From Bacteroidales bacterium (GTDB taxonomy: Bacteria; Bacteroidota; Bacteroidia; Bacteroidales; UBA932): a stretch of 64,000 bases of DNA. The stretch lies in contig JAFSSE010000030.1 of assembly GCA_017445755.1 (NCBI GenBank), positions 7,890 through 71,889 on the forward strand, written 5' to 3'. Positions within the stretch are counted from its first letter, which is position 1. The number at the start of each line of letters is the position of its first letter. Position numbers and translations under genes: made by a program. The notes below the pieces were generated by a model. It saw only the letters and a list, made by a program, of their open reading frames with translations. It searched no databases and was not told the origin of the DNA. Of the stretch, positions 46,901 to 59,229 are shown piece after piece.

Positions 46901-49900
46901 TCAAAAGCGGGCCACCAGCGGGCCGGGGAAGCCGGCGTTGGCGCGGTAGTGGGGAGCATAGAGGGACTCTATTGAGGGCACCGGAGCGGTAAAGGTACCG
47001 GCTTCGGTAACGAAGAATTCCTCTGAAATCTCTGTAGTTTCTTCCGGATATGTATCAAAATAGTATTCGGTACGGTCGGTCTTGACATTCCGATAGCCCT
47101 GGGGGCTGACGCTGTAAAGACCATTGACAAGCAGTGGTTTGAGTCGCCAGCCGATGCGGCCGGAGAGCTGCTCGACGGGCCTGAGGGCCGCTTCGCGGGG
47201 CGAAACAAGGCGGACGAAACTCCGGTTTTCCTGGTTCCAGATACGGTAGCGCACAACTATGCGGTCCCCTACGGAAACCGGGTCTGAGGGCTGGATTTCC
47301 TGCCATTCGGAAACATTCCGGTTCTTCTCCTCCGTCCTGTCATTGTATTTTTCCTCAACGGTCACGACACGGTAGAATTTCCGCTCCAGCGTAAAGCCGT
47401 TCCCGGCCGCCTTGATATCCGTAAATGGCTTGGTATAAGTCGCTTTAAGCGAAAGGACACGGGTCGAGAGGGTCGCCTCGCTTCCGTCGAGAATCGACGT
47501 CAGGGCATCCACGAAAGCCGGGTCGGAGTCCCATTTCTGGGTCTCTTTCTGGAGCATGAGCCAGAGACGGACACCTTCTGCGATATCGGCGGGAGAATAC
47601 TTTGAACCCTCCGCCTTAAGGGATACGCCCGTGGATGCGACCTGCGCCGAGGAAAGGAGGTCGCAAAGGAGCGAATGGGCATAGGCCTCGCTCTCCAGAA
47701 GACCCCTCCATGGCATAACCGCATTGGGATAGTACCAGCCGCCGTCGGGATGGGCCACAGCGTATTCCACGATGGATTCCACATCCGACTTCATCGAAGA
47801 TTTCAGCCGGGAACCGGTCATGAGCGTAATGCCCCATGCCTTGGCAAGGTCCTTCCCGCCCGGACGGGAATTCAGCTGCAGGATGGTCATGAGCCGCCGC
47901 GTCTTAGCGAGAATAGCCCCTGAAAGGCCTCTCTCCTTCGAAGGAACAAGATATTCCCTGGCATATTTCCTGAAAGCGGTCATCCGCTCTTTGTTCTGCT
48001 TTGTCTGCTTAACCTCGAAGGGAACGGAGGCGTAGAGGGAACGTACGAGCATGTATTTCTCATCGCTGATCCAGCCGCACCAGTATGGCATTTCGACTCC
48101 GAACTGCCTGTTATCCAGGAACTTCACCGAAGAGCTGAGGTCCGGGACATCGAAACCGCGGTCGCGGAGCCGGGCAAAGCGCTCGAGCAGTACGGCCGTT
48201 ACGATCGGGGAGGAGTTCATACCTTCGAACCAGCCGAAGCCGCCGTCGCCGTTACGGCAGGCAAGAATTCTCGGAAGGAGGTCATCCCCGGAGAGTTCCG
48301 TCCCGGAAAGACGGGAGGACAGAAGCCGCACATACCAGCACTCGGAGAGGGAAAGGACATCGTCTGAAGAAGGATCCACCTTTGAAGGTATGGCTTCCCG
48401 GACCATGTCCAGAATCGTCGTCTCGGTAAGGGTCGCTTCCGCCCCGGGGACATTGACAAAACGGCTCCGGAGAGTATTCAGAAGCTCTTCCCTTTCATTC
48501 TCATCCGAATCGCCCCGAAGGACGGCCGAATGGGCCTCGGTAAGGGTCTGGGACGTGCTCATTACCGGTATTCCGACAAAGACGGCGTCGGAGAAGGAGG
48601 CCGCCGCAAAGACGGCCTTGATCCCGACTGTCCCGCCCGCCGCAGAGCTCCGCACAAGGAATTTCCCGGAGGAAACGCCCTTCGGTTCCACGGTTATGGG
48701 AAGGACCTGGACCGAGACAGGATCGAGATTTTCATGGTCCAGACCCGGATATACATAAAGGTATAGCTTCCCGGAGACCGGTTCATCCGAGACCGACGAG
48801 ACGCTTACCGATAGGTCGCAGAGGTCGCCCTCATAGAGGTACTTCGGTTCCTGGACGGAGACCTTGACGGGGATTGAAACAACCATGTCCCTCGAAATCA
48901 AGGCGTTCCGCATGTCCTTATCATGGGCAAAGACGGAGACATGGTAGGTCGAAAGCTTATCCGAAGCCGTACATTCGAAGGAAATTTCCCCCTTTGAATC
49001 AGAGCGGAGGAAGGGCTGGAATGTCAGGGCGTTCTCGAACTTGGAGCGGACCGTAACCTCCTCGGGAGACGGAGAGGCCGGGGCCGCCGCATCCATCATC
49101 TCCATCTCCGCAGCTTCCTCCTCTACAGAAAAGACAGTCGCCTTTGACATTACCCGGTTCACGGAATTGGTCCCGCGGATTCTCCTGGAGCCATAACCGA
49201 CAACCGACTCCGCATCGGCAAGGACGCCGTAAAACATATCGCTGGATTCTTCCGGCAGCCCGTACCTGTCGGTGCCGCTGCGGATGCCGCATACTGAATT
49301 GATCCCGGGGGCGCTGACCGTGAACTGCCGCAGGGAAACCGTCGGCCAATAGTTCCCCGCTATTGCATCTATGCTTTTGTCATAGACGGCGGCAAGGGCT
49401 TCGGCCCCGGGATCGGACTGCAGCGAGAAGCGGAGCACCTGACCCGGAAGGGCCTTGTCAGTAAAGCGACTAAAGGAAAGCGGCAGTTTGAGCGCGGTGC
49501 GCTCCCTGGTATATTCCCGAACATAGGTACATGAATCTCCCCATTTGAAATAAAAGACCTGGAGACGGACGGCGTCCGGCCATGACGGGTCATAAGGGAG
49601 GGTCAGAGTGGTCTGGGACCCGGGGTCGCCGGGAAGGCCGTTCAGGGCTATTTTCCGGCGTGAAAGCACTTTCCAGCCCTTTCCAAAAAGGGTAACGACA
49701 GCCCATGTAGGCCCGTCCGTGGAAGCGAAGGTAAGGCGGATATCACCCCCCTCGGAAACCTTCGACGGCCCGGGCAGGAAGAGCCGCCGGAGAGTGGTAT
49801 TCATGACATTGGAAGAAGGATCGACCCGAAGGACCCTGTACTCCGACTCATCCTTGATTTCCTCTCCTTTGCAGTCGGTCGTTCTGGCCACGGCCTTGAG

Positions 49901-52249
49901 GCGGTAGAGCCCGGGGGCGGGAACAGCTATCCTCGCCTCCTCCCCTGAGTTCACAGTTCCCGAAGAGACCTCGCTTCCGGCCTCATTTTCAAGTACATAT
50001 GAAATCGGAAGAGGGACGACCTCTCCGCCCGTATTCCTCACCTCCATGCGGAAGACCGCCTCGGGGGAGGAGAACACTGCCTTCATGCTCGAACTCCGCC
50101 ACCAGAACATTCCGTTACCCGGATTCTCGTCCATGGCGACAAACTGCGCATCTTCGGCACCGACGGGCGTAAGTGAAAGGTCAATGTATGAGGAGATATA
50201 AATATAAGTACTGAAGCCGTGGGTCTCCCCGGTTGCGTCGGTAACCGTAACCTCAACCCTGTAGGTCCCGCTTCCTGCTGCCGGGAAAACAAGGGAGAAG
50301 GAGCCGTCCGCCTCGGGAGAGAGCTTGATTTCGTCAACTACAGTGCTGTAATTCATAATCTTCGCGGTAATTGCAGCACCGGTCAGGGTATGTCCCGAAT
50401 AGGCCTCGACCCGACCCCGGATCTCTACGGTATCGCCCGGGAAATAAAGCCGGTCATTCTTCTCGAAATCCAGGGAGAACGTCGGTAGGATGAACTCATC
50501 GACCCGGAAAGAGTCGCCGCCTATCTCCCTGTCACCCCGCAGAACCGAAAGGGTGAAATACCCGTTACGGAGTCCCTTCGGAAGGACGAATGAATCGGAA
50601 ACCGAGCCGAATTCATTGGTTTTCAGCTTTTTCCTTTCAATTTCCTTAGATTCCGAATCCCGGAGCACGACCTCGACCTTTTCTCCGGGCATGACCGAAA
50701 CCTTCTCGACGAGATCGCCCTTGAAGAGAATCGCCTTGAAAGAAAGGGTGTCGCCGGGATTGTATGCCCCGCGGTCCTTGTAAATATTGCAGCGTACCGC
50801 GTTCTGGCCCTTACCTTCGGAGGGGGCGGTATTATTCCGGACAGAAACGGAACGGCTCCTGAGGAGCTTCCCTCCGGCAGTTGTTGTCCGGCACTCAAGG
50901 GTATGATACTTTCTCGGAGAAGCGGCTACTATGGACTGCATCTCCTTAGGAAGAGGCGTAAAACCATCGAAAACGATATCCGCTTCCGCCTTCACCGCAT
51001 CACCGAGACGAAGGATAAGACGGGCCCGCTCCAGGGGCTTTCCGCTCCGGAAATCCGCGGCATAGACCCGGATTCCGTCCGCCTCGTTCCTGACGGCGAG
51101 GGAATACCTGTACTGCTCATAAACCGCACTCGCCTTTTCCGTCCGGAACACATATGATCCGTCATCAATTGAAGGAATCGCAACCATTTCACGGTCAAAG
51201 ACATAATAGCTGCCGGTGCGGTTCTTAACGGTCCATTTCCGAAGCACGGCATCCTTTTTCGAGGATTCGGCCGGGCTGAGGGTCAAAACCGCGCTGGAGG
51301 TATTTCTGAAGGCGACTACGACGGAATCCCCTTTGATGGAAACTTTTTCCTCTTTCGAATCGAGCACCTTAATAAGATTCTTAGGTCCGTCGCAGCTCCC
51401 GGCAATCTTTTTTTCATCTCCCTTGAGCGCTCCCCTCTCTTTCTCAAACTCAGTGCAGTCCTTCCTGAGGGCTAAAAAATCCTCCGAAGTGCCTTTCCCG
51501 TCCTGGCTGAGTTCCTCAAAACGCAGCTGAAGGAGACGCTCCCTCGGATAAAAGACGAGGGCTGTCCCGGAAAACTCCTTTGCAAGGGCCTCCATGGCCG
51601 TTTTTTCCTTCTCCTTAGGGAGACGGTAAGCAAACGTGTATTTCAGGTACCCTTCCTGGGGATATACTCCGCGGACCCTGTCCATGAGAGCGGAACAAAT
51701 CTCATCCCGTTCCGGGTTCTCCGCATCATAATAACGGCTCCCGAGAAGGTCCCAGAGGACATATTCCCCGTCATCCCGAATGAAGTCCCGGAGCGCTCCG
51801 CCCATGTAATGGATACTGGAATAGAAGCCCTCATTCTTACCCCTGGAAAGCTTCGCCTGACGGGCATATTCCCAGAGTTCATCGGAAGAGCAGCCCCCGA
51901 AATCCCGCTTCCATGCATAGGTTACAATAGGTTCCCCGAAGCTTTCAACCTCACGGGAGAAGTCTTCCTGGTCCTTTTCCTGGAGTTTCCAGTTCACGCG
52001 GGTCCGGGCGGAAACATAGTAGCGGCCCGCCTCGTAGAAATCGAAGGCGAGATGCTTCGCAGCAGCTTCCGTCTTTATCTTTTCAAGTACGGAAGCCATC
52101 TGCTGGGGCTTGTCGGCCCTTGAGGCCTTTTCATATTCGGCCCAAAGGTTTTTAAGGATATAATGTTCGTTCATTGCAGAAAGGTTCGAATTTCCCGCCA
52201 TGCCGGCGACGGCCAGCAGGACGGCAGTGAATATAAACAGCTTTTTCAT
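46901..52249 (-). CDS. Bacterial alpha-2-macroglobulin family protein
   Basis: DRGAYNPGD (MG2), TNEFGS, F.VDEF..P.F, VYDKSID, VR..F....F.P.L, N.DGGFGWF.G, G.F.......ESLYAP.Y. Confidence 0.88.
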   Translation of the reverse strand: MKKLFIFTAVLLAVAGMAGNSNLSAMNEHYILKNLWAEYEKASRADKPQQMASVLEKIKTEAAAKHLAFDFYEAGRYYVSARTRVNWKLQEKDQEDFSREVESFGEPIVTYAWKRDFGGCSSDELWEYARQAKLSRGKNEGFYSSIHYMGGALRDFIRDDGEYVLWDLLGSRYYDAENPERDEICSALMDRVRGVYPQEGYLKYTFAYRLPKEKEKTAMEALAKEFSGTALVFYPRERLLQLRFEELSQDGKGTSEDFLALRKDCTEFEKERGALKGDEKKIAGSCDGPKNLIKVLDSKEEKVSIKGDSVVVAFRNTSSAVLTLSPAESSKKDAVLRKWTVKNRTGSYYVFDREMVAIPSIDDGSYVFRTEKASAVYEQYRYSLAVRNEADGIRVYAADFRSGKPLERARLILRLGDAVKAEADIVFDGFTPLPKEMQSIVAASPRKYHTLECRTTTAGGKLLRSRSVSVRNNTAPSEGKGQNAVRCNIYKDRGAYNPGDTLSFKAILFKGDLVEKVSVMPGEKVEVVLRDSESKEIERKKLKTNEFGSVSDSFVLPKGLRNGYFTLSVLRGDREIGGDSFRVDEFILPTFSLDFEKNDRLYFPGDTVEIRGRVEAYSGHTLTGAAITAKIMNYSTVVDEIKLSPEADGSFSLVFPAAGSGTYRVEVTVTDATGETHGFSTYIYISSYIDLSLTPVGAEDAQFVAMDENPGNGMFWWRSSSMKAVFSSPEAVFRMEVRNTGGEVVPLPISYVLENEAGSEVSSGTVNSGEEARIAVPAPGLYRLKAVARTTDCKGEEIKDESEYRVLRVDPSSNVMNTTLRRLFLPGPSKVSEGGDIRLTFASTDGPTWAVVTLFGKGWKVLSRRKIALNGLPGDPGSQTTLTLPYDPSWPDAVRLQVFYFKWGDSCTYVREYTRERTALKLPLSFSRFTDKALPGQVLRFSLQSDPGAEALAAVYDKSIDAIAGNYWPTVSLRQFTVSAPGINSVCGIRSGTDRYGLPEESSDMFYGVLADAESVVGYGSRRIRGTNSVNRVMSKATVFSVEEEAAEMEMMDAAAPASPSPEEVTVRSKFENALTFQPFLRSDSKGEISFECTASDKLSTYHVSVFAHDKDMRNALISRDMVVSIPVKVSVQEPKYLYEGDLCDLSVSVSSVSDEPVSGKLYLYVYPGLDHENLDPVSVQVLPITVEPKGVSSGKFLVRSSAAGGTVGIKAVFAAASFSDAVFVGIPVMSTSQTLTEAHSAVLRGDSDENEREELLNTLRSRFVNVPGAEATLTETTILDMVREAIPSKVDPSSDDVLSLSECWYVRLLSSRLSGTELSGDDLLPRILACRNGDGGFGWFEGMNSSPIVTAVLLERFARLRDRGFDVPDLSSSVKFLDNRQFGVEMPYWCGWISDEKYMLVRSLYASVPFEVKQTKQNKERMTAFRKYAREYLVPSKERGLSGAILAKTRRLMTILQLNSRPGGKDLAKAWGITLMTGSRLKSSMKSDVESIVEYAVAHPDGGWYYPNAVMPWRGLLESEAYAHSLLCDLLSSAQVASTGVSLKAEGSKYSPADIAEGVRLWLMLQKETQKWDSDPAFVDALTSILDGSEATLSTRVLSLKATYTKPFTDIKAAGNGFTLERKFYRVVTVEEKYNDRTEEKNRNVSEWQEIQPSDPVSVGDRIVVRYRIWNQENRSFVRLVSPREAALRPVEQLSGRIGWRLKPLLVNGLYSVSPQGYRNVKTDRTEYYFDTYPEETTEISEEFFVTEAGTFTAPVPSIESLYAPHYRANAGFPGPLVARF

Positions 52250-52366
52250 CTCCGTTCCGTTTTACGAGACAGCGGTCCTTCCCGCAAAAACCGTTCCCGC
52301 CAGGAGGGATGTACATAATCAAAGGATAATTCAATAATTAATATTTGTTTTATCGGATTTTATCGC

Positions 52367-52457
52367 TAAATTTGCGAGCTTTTTTGAATGTCACGCCATT
52401 CGGAAGCCGCGGCCGATGGGCCGTGGGAGTGATTATTAACCAAAATTTCATTGCACT
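52367..52457 (+). promoter_or_regulatory. rpsO promoter (-7 box) and structured 5' leader
   Basis: TAAATTTG at 52367-52374; GC-rich imperfect hairpin at 52391-52426. Confidence 0.55.
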
Positions 52458-52733
52458 ATGGCAGAATATTTACAGCCAGAGAAGAAGCAGGAGATTTTCG
52501 CTAAGTACGGAAAGTCTAATAAGGACACCGGCTCACCTGAGAGTCAAGTTGCTTTATTTTCCTACCGTATCGCTCACCTTACCGAGCATGTAAAGAAGAA
52601 CAAGAAGGACGTGGTAACGCGCCGTTCACTTCTCCGTCTCGTCGGTAAGAGACGTCAGGTTCTGGACTATCTCCAGACGGTCGACATCGAGAGATACAGG
52701 GCTATCATCAAGGAGCTTGGCCTCCGCCGATAG
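52458..52733 (+). CDS. rpsO: 30S ribosomal protein S15
   Basis: DTGSPESQVA, LTEH...NKKD, LVGKRR..LDYL, LGLRR. Confidence 0.98.
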   Translation: MAEYLQPEKKQEIFAKYGKSNKDTGSPESQVALFSYRIAHLTEHVKKNKKDVVTRRSLLRLVGKRRQVLDYLQTVDIERYRAIIKELGLRR

Positions 52734-52751
52734 CCGCCGGTATAGGAAACC

Positions 52752-52784
52752 AAGGGCAGGGCAGCAAGAACCCGCCCTTTTTTT
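52752..52784 (+). terminator. Intrinsic terminator after rpsO
   Basis: AAGGGCAGGG...CCCGCCCTT followed by a T run. Confidence 0.7.
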
Positions 52785-52899
52785 GAATTACAAGGATCCG
52801 GGAGCTAAACCATCGACCTGCGGCTCCGCAGGATACAGTATAAAGACGAAATAAGTTTAACTAACTCCCATAGGGGGAGGCAGGTCGGAAAAAAGTTTA

Positions 52900-55260
52900 A
52901 TGAACATCATCAACAAGAAGATCGAATTATCCGACGGTCGGGTAATCGAGATCGAGACCGGCAAACTCGCCAAGCAGGCGGACGGTGCCGTAGTAGTCAA
53001 GATGGGAGGAACGATGCTCCTCGCCACTGTAACATGTGCCACGGAAGTCGGAGACGACGTGGATTTCCTTCCCCTCCAGGTAGACTACAAGGAAAAGTAT
53101 TATGCTGCGGGACGCTTCCCCGGCGGATTCATGAAAAGGGAAGGCAAGGCCTCTGATTATGAGATTCTGGTCTCCCGCCTTATCGACAGGGCCCTCCGTC
53201 CGCTCTTCCCGGACGATTTCCACCTCGCCCTCTTTGTCAATGTGAACCTTATCTCCGCCGAGGCCGACATCCAGCCGGATGCCCTCGCAGGACTCGCCGC
53301 CTCCGCGGCCCTTGCCACGAGCGACATCCCCTTCCTCGGCCCTATCTCCGAGGTCCGCGTCTGCCGTATCGACGGTAAGTTTGTCATCAACCCGACGTTC
53401 TCCGAGATGGAAAAGGCCGACCTCGAACTGATGGTCGCCGCCACCTACGAAAATATCATGATGGTTGAAGGCGAAATGCAGGAAGTTTCCGAGCACGACA
53501 TGCTCGAGGCCATCAAGTTCGCCCATGAAGAAATCAAGAAGCAGTGCCTCGTCCAGATCGAACTGAACAAGGAGTGCGGCAAAGAAGTCAAGCGCGACTA
53601 TCCTCACGACGAGGAAGACGAAGACCTCCGGAAGGCCGTCCACGAGGCATGCTACCAGAAAGCATATGACATCGCAAAGCAGGCGAAGCCGAAGCACGAG
53701 CGTGCAGATGCGTTCGAGCAGCTGAAGCAGAGCTTCATCGAGACCCTCTCCGAGGAGGACCAGGAAGCCAAGGGCAAGATGGTCGAGCGCTACTACCATG
53801 CAGTCGAAAAAGAGGCCATGCGAAACCTTATCCTCGACGAAGGACTCCGTCTCGACGGCCGTACGACCACTGAGGTGCGCCCCATCTGGTGCGAAGTGGA
53901 TTACCTCCCCTGCGCCCACGGCAGCGCCATCTTTACCCGCGGTGAAACCCAGGCCCTCGCCTCCGTCACCCTCGGCACCAAACTCGACATGAAGGAAAGG
54001 GACGACGTCCTTATCCAGGGTGACCAGCAGTTCGTGCTCCACTACAACTTCCCTCCTTTCGCCACCGGCGAAGCCAAGGCGCAGAGGGGTGTGGGCCGTC
54101 GTGAAATCGGCCATGGAAACCTCGCCTACCGTGCCCTCAAGGCCGTTATGCCTACCGCTCCCGAATTCCCGTACGCTGTCCGCGTAGTATCCGATATCCT
54201 CGAGTCCAACGGCTCATCCTCGCAGGCCTCCATCTGCGGCGGCTGCCTCGCCCTCATGGATGCGGGTGTCAAGATCCGGAAGCCGGTCGCCGGTATCGCC
54301 ATGGGCCTTATCACCGACGCCGAGCGTCCGAACGACCGCTACGCCATCCTCTCCGATATCCTCGGTGACGAGGACCACCTCGGAGACATGGACTTCAAGG
54401 TCGCAGGTACCAGGGACGGTATCACCGCTACCCAGATGGACATCAAGGTCGACGGACTCTCCTATGAGGTCCTCGAGAAAGCCCTCGAGCAGGCACGCCT
54501 CGGCCGCCTTCACATCATGGGCGAAATGATGAAAACCATCAGCGAGCCCCGTGAGGACTACAAGCCCTTCGTGCCCCGCATGGTCCAGATTGAAATCCCC
54601 GCCGAGTTCATCGGAGCCGTCATCGGCAAGGGCGGAGAGACCATCCAGGGTCTCCAGAAGGAAACCGGAACCACCATCACCATCGAAGAAGTCGATGCCG
54701 GCAACGGCGACGGCACGACGAAGGGCGTCGTGGACATCTTCGGTGTCGACAAGAACGCCATGGATACCGCCCTTCAGAGAATCAAGGACATCTGCGCCGT
54801 TCCCGAAGCCGGTACCGTATATCACGGCAAGGTAACCTCCATCCAGGACTTCGGCGCCTTCGTCGAAATCCTCCCTGGAAAGGAAGGCCTGCTGCATGTG
54901 AGCGAAATCGCATGGAACAAGACCGAAAACGTTTCCGACGTACTGAAAGTCGGAGACGAAGTGGACGTCAAGCTCCTTGAAATCGACGCCAAGAGCGGCA
55001 AGATGCGCCTTTCCATGAGGGCTCTCACCGAGAAGCCGGAAGGTTATGTCGAGCCGAAGCGCAGCTCCTCTCCCCGCCAGGGCGGAGACCGCCGTCAGAG
55101 CGGTGACCGCAGGGATAATAACCGCGACCGCAGAAGGGACGGTGACCGCCGCGAAGGACGCAGGGACGGACGCCGTGAGCCCCGGAGGGACAACCGCGGA
55201 AACGAACAGCCCCGCGAAAAGGAAGCCCCGAGGGAAACTCCTGAGCCGGATGTCTTCTAA
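52900..55260 (+). CDS. pnp: Polyribonucleotide nucleotidyltransferase
   Basis: [32 protein letters not shown]; KH and S1 domains; Arg/Asp-rich tail. Confidence 0.98.
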   Translation: MNIINKKIELSDGRVIEIETGKLAKQADGAVVVKMGGTMLLATVTCATEVGDDVDFLPLQVDYKEKYYAAGRFPGGFMKREGKASDYEILVSRLIDRALRPLFPDDFHLALFVNVNLISAEADIQPDALAGLAASAALATSDIPFLGPISEVRVCRIDGKFVINPTFSEMEKADLELMVAATYENIMMVEGEMQEVSEHDMLEAIKFAHEEIKKQCLVQIELNKECGKEVKRDYPHDEEDEDLRKAVHEACYQKAYDIAKQAKPKHERADAFEQLKQSFIETLSEEDQEAKGKMVERYYHAVEKEAMRNLILDEGLRLDGRTTTEVRPIWCEVDYLPCAHGSAIFTRGETQALASVTLGTKLDMKERDDVLIQGDQQFVLHYNFPPFATGEAKAQRGVGRREIGHGNLAYRALKAVMPTAPEFPYAVRVVSDILESNGSSSQASICGGCLALMDAGVKIRKPVAGIAMGLITDAERPNDRYAILSDILGDEDHLGDMDFKVAGTRDGITATQMDIKVDGLSYEVLEKALEQARLGRLHIMGEMMKTISEPREDYKPFVPRMVQIEIPAEFIGAVIGKGGETIQGLQKETGTTITIEEVDAGNGDGTTKGVVDIFGVDKNAMDTALQRIKDICAVPEAGTVYHGKVTSIQDFGAFVEILPGKEGLLHVSEIAWNKTENVSDVLKVGDEVDVKLLEIDAKSGKMRLSMRALTEKPEGYVEPKRSSSPRQGGDRRQSGDRRDNNRDRRRDGDRREGRRDGRREPRRDNRGNEQPREKEAPRETPEPDVF

Positions 55261-55266
55261 TTAAAC

Positions 55267-55302
55267 AGTCAACCTACCCGAAACAGGGTAGGTTGATTTT
55301 TT

Positions 55303-55304
<2 letters not shown>
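55267..55304. terminator. Intrinsic terminator / palindromic repeat copy 3
   Basis: AGTCAACCTACCC-GAAACA-GGGTAGGTTGATTTTTTTT between convergent pnp and phoH. Confidence 0.82.
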
Positions 55305-56646
<1,342 letters not shown>

Positions 56647-56653
56647 AGTATTA

Positions 56654-57796
56654 TCAATCTTCACCCTCGGAACTCTCATGAATCAGAAGCGACTCGAGGA
56701 TTCCGCTGATGCCTGGTTTTTCATCCATCCTGACCGAAATGTCCCCCTTTCCCGGCTTCGGGTGGCCGAGCGGGAAGTAAGCCACATCCTGGAGGAGCAG
56801 TTCAGCGTCAACATAGTCATAATCTATATCGTCTATTTCCAGCAGCACACCCGGGATTTCGGCAAAGAGAATCCGAACGGGTTTTTCGCCTCCATAGGCG
56901 TTACGAAGCCCTGAAAGGTCGATTTCGATGTCCCTAATCCCTCCGCACATGGAGTCAAGCGCGGCCATGAGCCCTCCTTCGAAAACCGTCGTCCCCGCCT
57001 TTACCACCCCGTCCTCGACGAGTTCCCGGACAACCTCGTAGCAGTCCGTGAAATACTCGGTATCGGAAACATCGGGGGCAACCGCGGAACGGGCTCCCGT
57101 CACTTCGGAAACGGCAGAACCGCCGAGGCGGAAATCACATGGATCAAAAGGAATATAGATAATCCACCTGGAAGGGTCGTCGGAAGCTGTCGCAGGACAT
57201 TTCCGCTTTTTCCCCAGCCGGGGGTTCAGGGTCTTGAAAGGAGCCCCGCTGAGGATGCTGTCCTCCTCTTCGGCGGGAATATCCTCCTCTGCCACGGTTC
57301 CGGCCTTGAAAACGACGCTGCAGGGGCCTCTACGTACGCTGTAGCACTTCAGTTTAAGTCCGAGGGCGTCGATATAAGTTGCCGCGGACTCCACGGAGCT
57401 GTAAAATGCAGCCATATTGCCGATCGGTTCGCTGTCCCACTTCCATTCGGCCCTCAGAAAGAGGTCCGCAAGCCGGAAATGACCGGTCCTCCAGATTGCA
57501 TCTACAAGGGCCGCCGCAACCTTTCCGGCAGTATGGGGACCCGCAAAAATGATTGGAGCAAGTCGGTTCCCTATTAGGGGCCGGACCGCTTCCAGATACG
57601 CGCCGATTTTCCCGCTGTCATAGACAAAGGAGCTCGGGGCCGGATCCACGGTCTCGTCAACCACGGGGTCGAATTCCCCGTCAGGAAGCACCGGGGGCTC
57701 AATCATGCACCCGTCCAGCATGCGTCCCGGGGTCAGGACCATAGGACAGCCGTCGATGATATACTCGCTGTAGAGGACGGATCGTTTGCCGGTCAT
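56654..57796 (-). CDS. Protein resembling the second PurM-like (AIRS/AIRS_C) half of PurL, degenerate
   Basis: L.AEWKW, F..LGGSA, P.V.D.EYF......V.ELV..G...AG....GGL, ILFAE.PG and LG.P match my recollection of Bacteroidota PurL; no glutaminase domain or N-terminal half. Confidence 0.62.
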   Translation of the reverse strand: MTGKRSVLYSEYIIDGCPMVLTPGRMLDGCMIEPPVLPDGEFDPVVDETVDPAPSSFVYDSGKIGAYLEAVRPLIGNRLAPIIFAGPHTAGKVAAALVDAIWRTGHFRLADLFLRAEWKWDSEPIGNMAAFYSSVESAATYIDALGLKLKCYSVRRGPCSVVFKAGTVAEEDIPAEEEDSILSGAPFKTLNPRLGKKRKCPATASDDPSRWIIYIPFDPCDFRLGGSAVSEVTGARSAVAPDVSDTEYFTDCYEVVRELVEDGVVKAGTTVFEGGLMAALDSMCGGIRDIEIDLSGLRNAYGGEKPVRILFAEIPGVLLEIDDIDYDYVDAELLLQDVAYFPLGHPKPGKGDISVRMDEKPGISGILESLLIHESSEGED

Positions 57797-57873
57797 ATAA
57801 AAAAAATAAAGTTCCCGTTGTTTGATTCCCTCAAAAATAGATAAATTTGTGAAGAAAACAAAAAGGACCCGGG

Positions 57874-59229
57874 ATGGATTTTACAGAAAAAGAGTACAAT
57901 GCCCTTGTAGAGGATATATTCAGGCGTTTTCCGTCGGTCCAGAAATCCGCTTTTCAGGACGCCTACAAACCGGGGCTCGGGCAAATGGACCTCTTCGACG
58001 AGGCCCTTGGCAGGCCGTCCCGCGCCTTCAGAAGCATCCATATCGCCGGGACCAACGGTAAGGGTTCCGTCTCCCACATGCTCGCTTCCGCCCTCTCAAC
58101 CGCCGGCATGAAAACCGGACTCTACACCTCCCCCCACCTTCTGGATTTCCGCGAACGGGCGAGGTGCTTCCCCGGCGGCCTGGTCCCGAAGGACTATGTT
58201 TTCGGGTTCCTGACAAGGTGGAAGCCATATTTTGAGGAACACCGCCTCTCCTTTTTTGAGATTACGACAGGTCTCGCCTTCCGGTATTTCGCCGACTGCG
58301 GAGTCGATGTCGCCGTCGTTGAAACCGGTCTTGGAGGACGCCTGGACAGCACCAACATCCTCCCCTCCCCGGAGCTTACGGTCATAACCTCCATCGGGCT
58401 GGACCACTGCGACATCCTCGGGCACACCCTCGGGGAAATCGCTGCGGAAAAGGCCGGTATTTTCAAGGACGGGACCCCTGCGCTTATTGGGGAGAGCAAT
58501 CCCGAAACGGATTCCGTCTTCGAAGAGACGGCATGGATGAGATGTCCCATCTCCTTCGCTGACCGGATGGAACTGTCCCTTGGATACCGGAGCGCCGAAA
58601 TCCTCCGCTCCATGGACCTCCGTGGGGAATATCAGATGAATAATCTGAGAACCGTCCTCGCCGCAGTCGACATACTTAAGAAACGGCCCGGCTTCGAGCC
58701 CCTTCAAAACGACACTGCCGTCCTTGACGGAATCGTCCATGCCGCCGGGAGAACCGGCCTCCGAGGCCGCTGGGAAAAGGTTTCCGACCTCCCATATGTA
58801 ATCTGCGACATCGGTCACAATCCCCCTGCCCTAAAATACAATTTCGCCCAGCTCCAGAGGATGCTTTCCGAAGGGGAATGCAGCTCCCTCCTCATCGTTT
58901 ACGGGGTCATGGCCGACAAGGACCTGGACTCGATCCTGCCCCTCATGCCCGCCGATGCGACCTATATCTTTACGACGCCCGACACCCCGAGAGCCCTTCC
59001 CTCGGAAGAAATACTTTCGCGTTACAATGCCTTCTGCGCCTCCATCGGAAGATCTCCACGCGCCTATTCCTCCGGCTCTGTCCGGGAGGCCGTCAATATG
59101 GCCATAACCCTTGCGCGCAACTATTCCGAACAGCTCGACCGCTCGGCTTCCGCCTCAAAGCCCGTCCCTGCCCTCATCTACATCGGCGGCAGCACCTTCG
59201 TCGTCGCCGACGCCCTGCCTTTGTTTTGA
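57874..59229 (+). CDS. folC: Folylpolyglutamate synthase / dihydrofolate synthase
   Basis: HIAGTNGKGS, YTSPHL..FRER, ETGLGGRLDSTN, GRWE, D.GHN. Confidence 0.95.
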   Translation: MDFTEKEYNALVEDIFRRFPSVQKSAFQDAYKPGLGQMDLFDEALGRPSRAFRSIHIAGTNGKGSVSHMLASALSTAGMKTGLYTSPHLLDFRERARCFPGGLVPKDYVFGFLTRWKPYFEEHRLSFFEITTGLAFRYFADCGVDVAVVETGLGGRLDSTNILPSPELTVITSIGLDHCDILGHTLGEIAAEKAGIFKDGTPALIGESNPETDSVFEETAWMRCPISFADRMELSLGYRSAEILRSMDLRGEYQMNNLRTVLAAVDILKKRPGFEPLQNDTAVLDGIVHAAGRTGLRGRWEKVSDLPYVICDIGHNPPALKYNFAQLQRMLSEGECSSLLIVYGVMADKDLDSILPLMPADATYIFTTPDTPRALPSEEILSRYNAFCASIGRSPRAYSSGSVREAVNMAITLARNYSEQLDRSASASKPVPALIYIGGSTFVVADALPLF

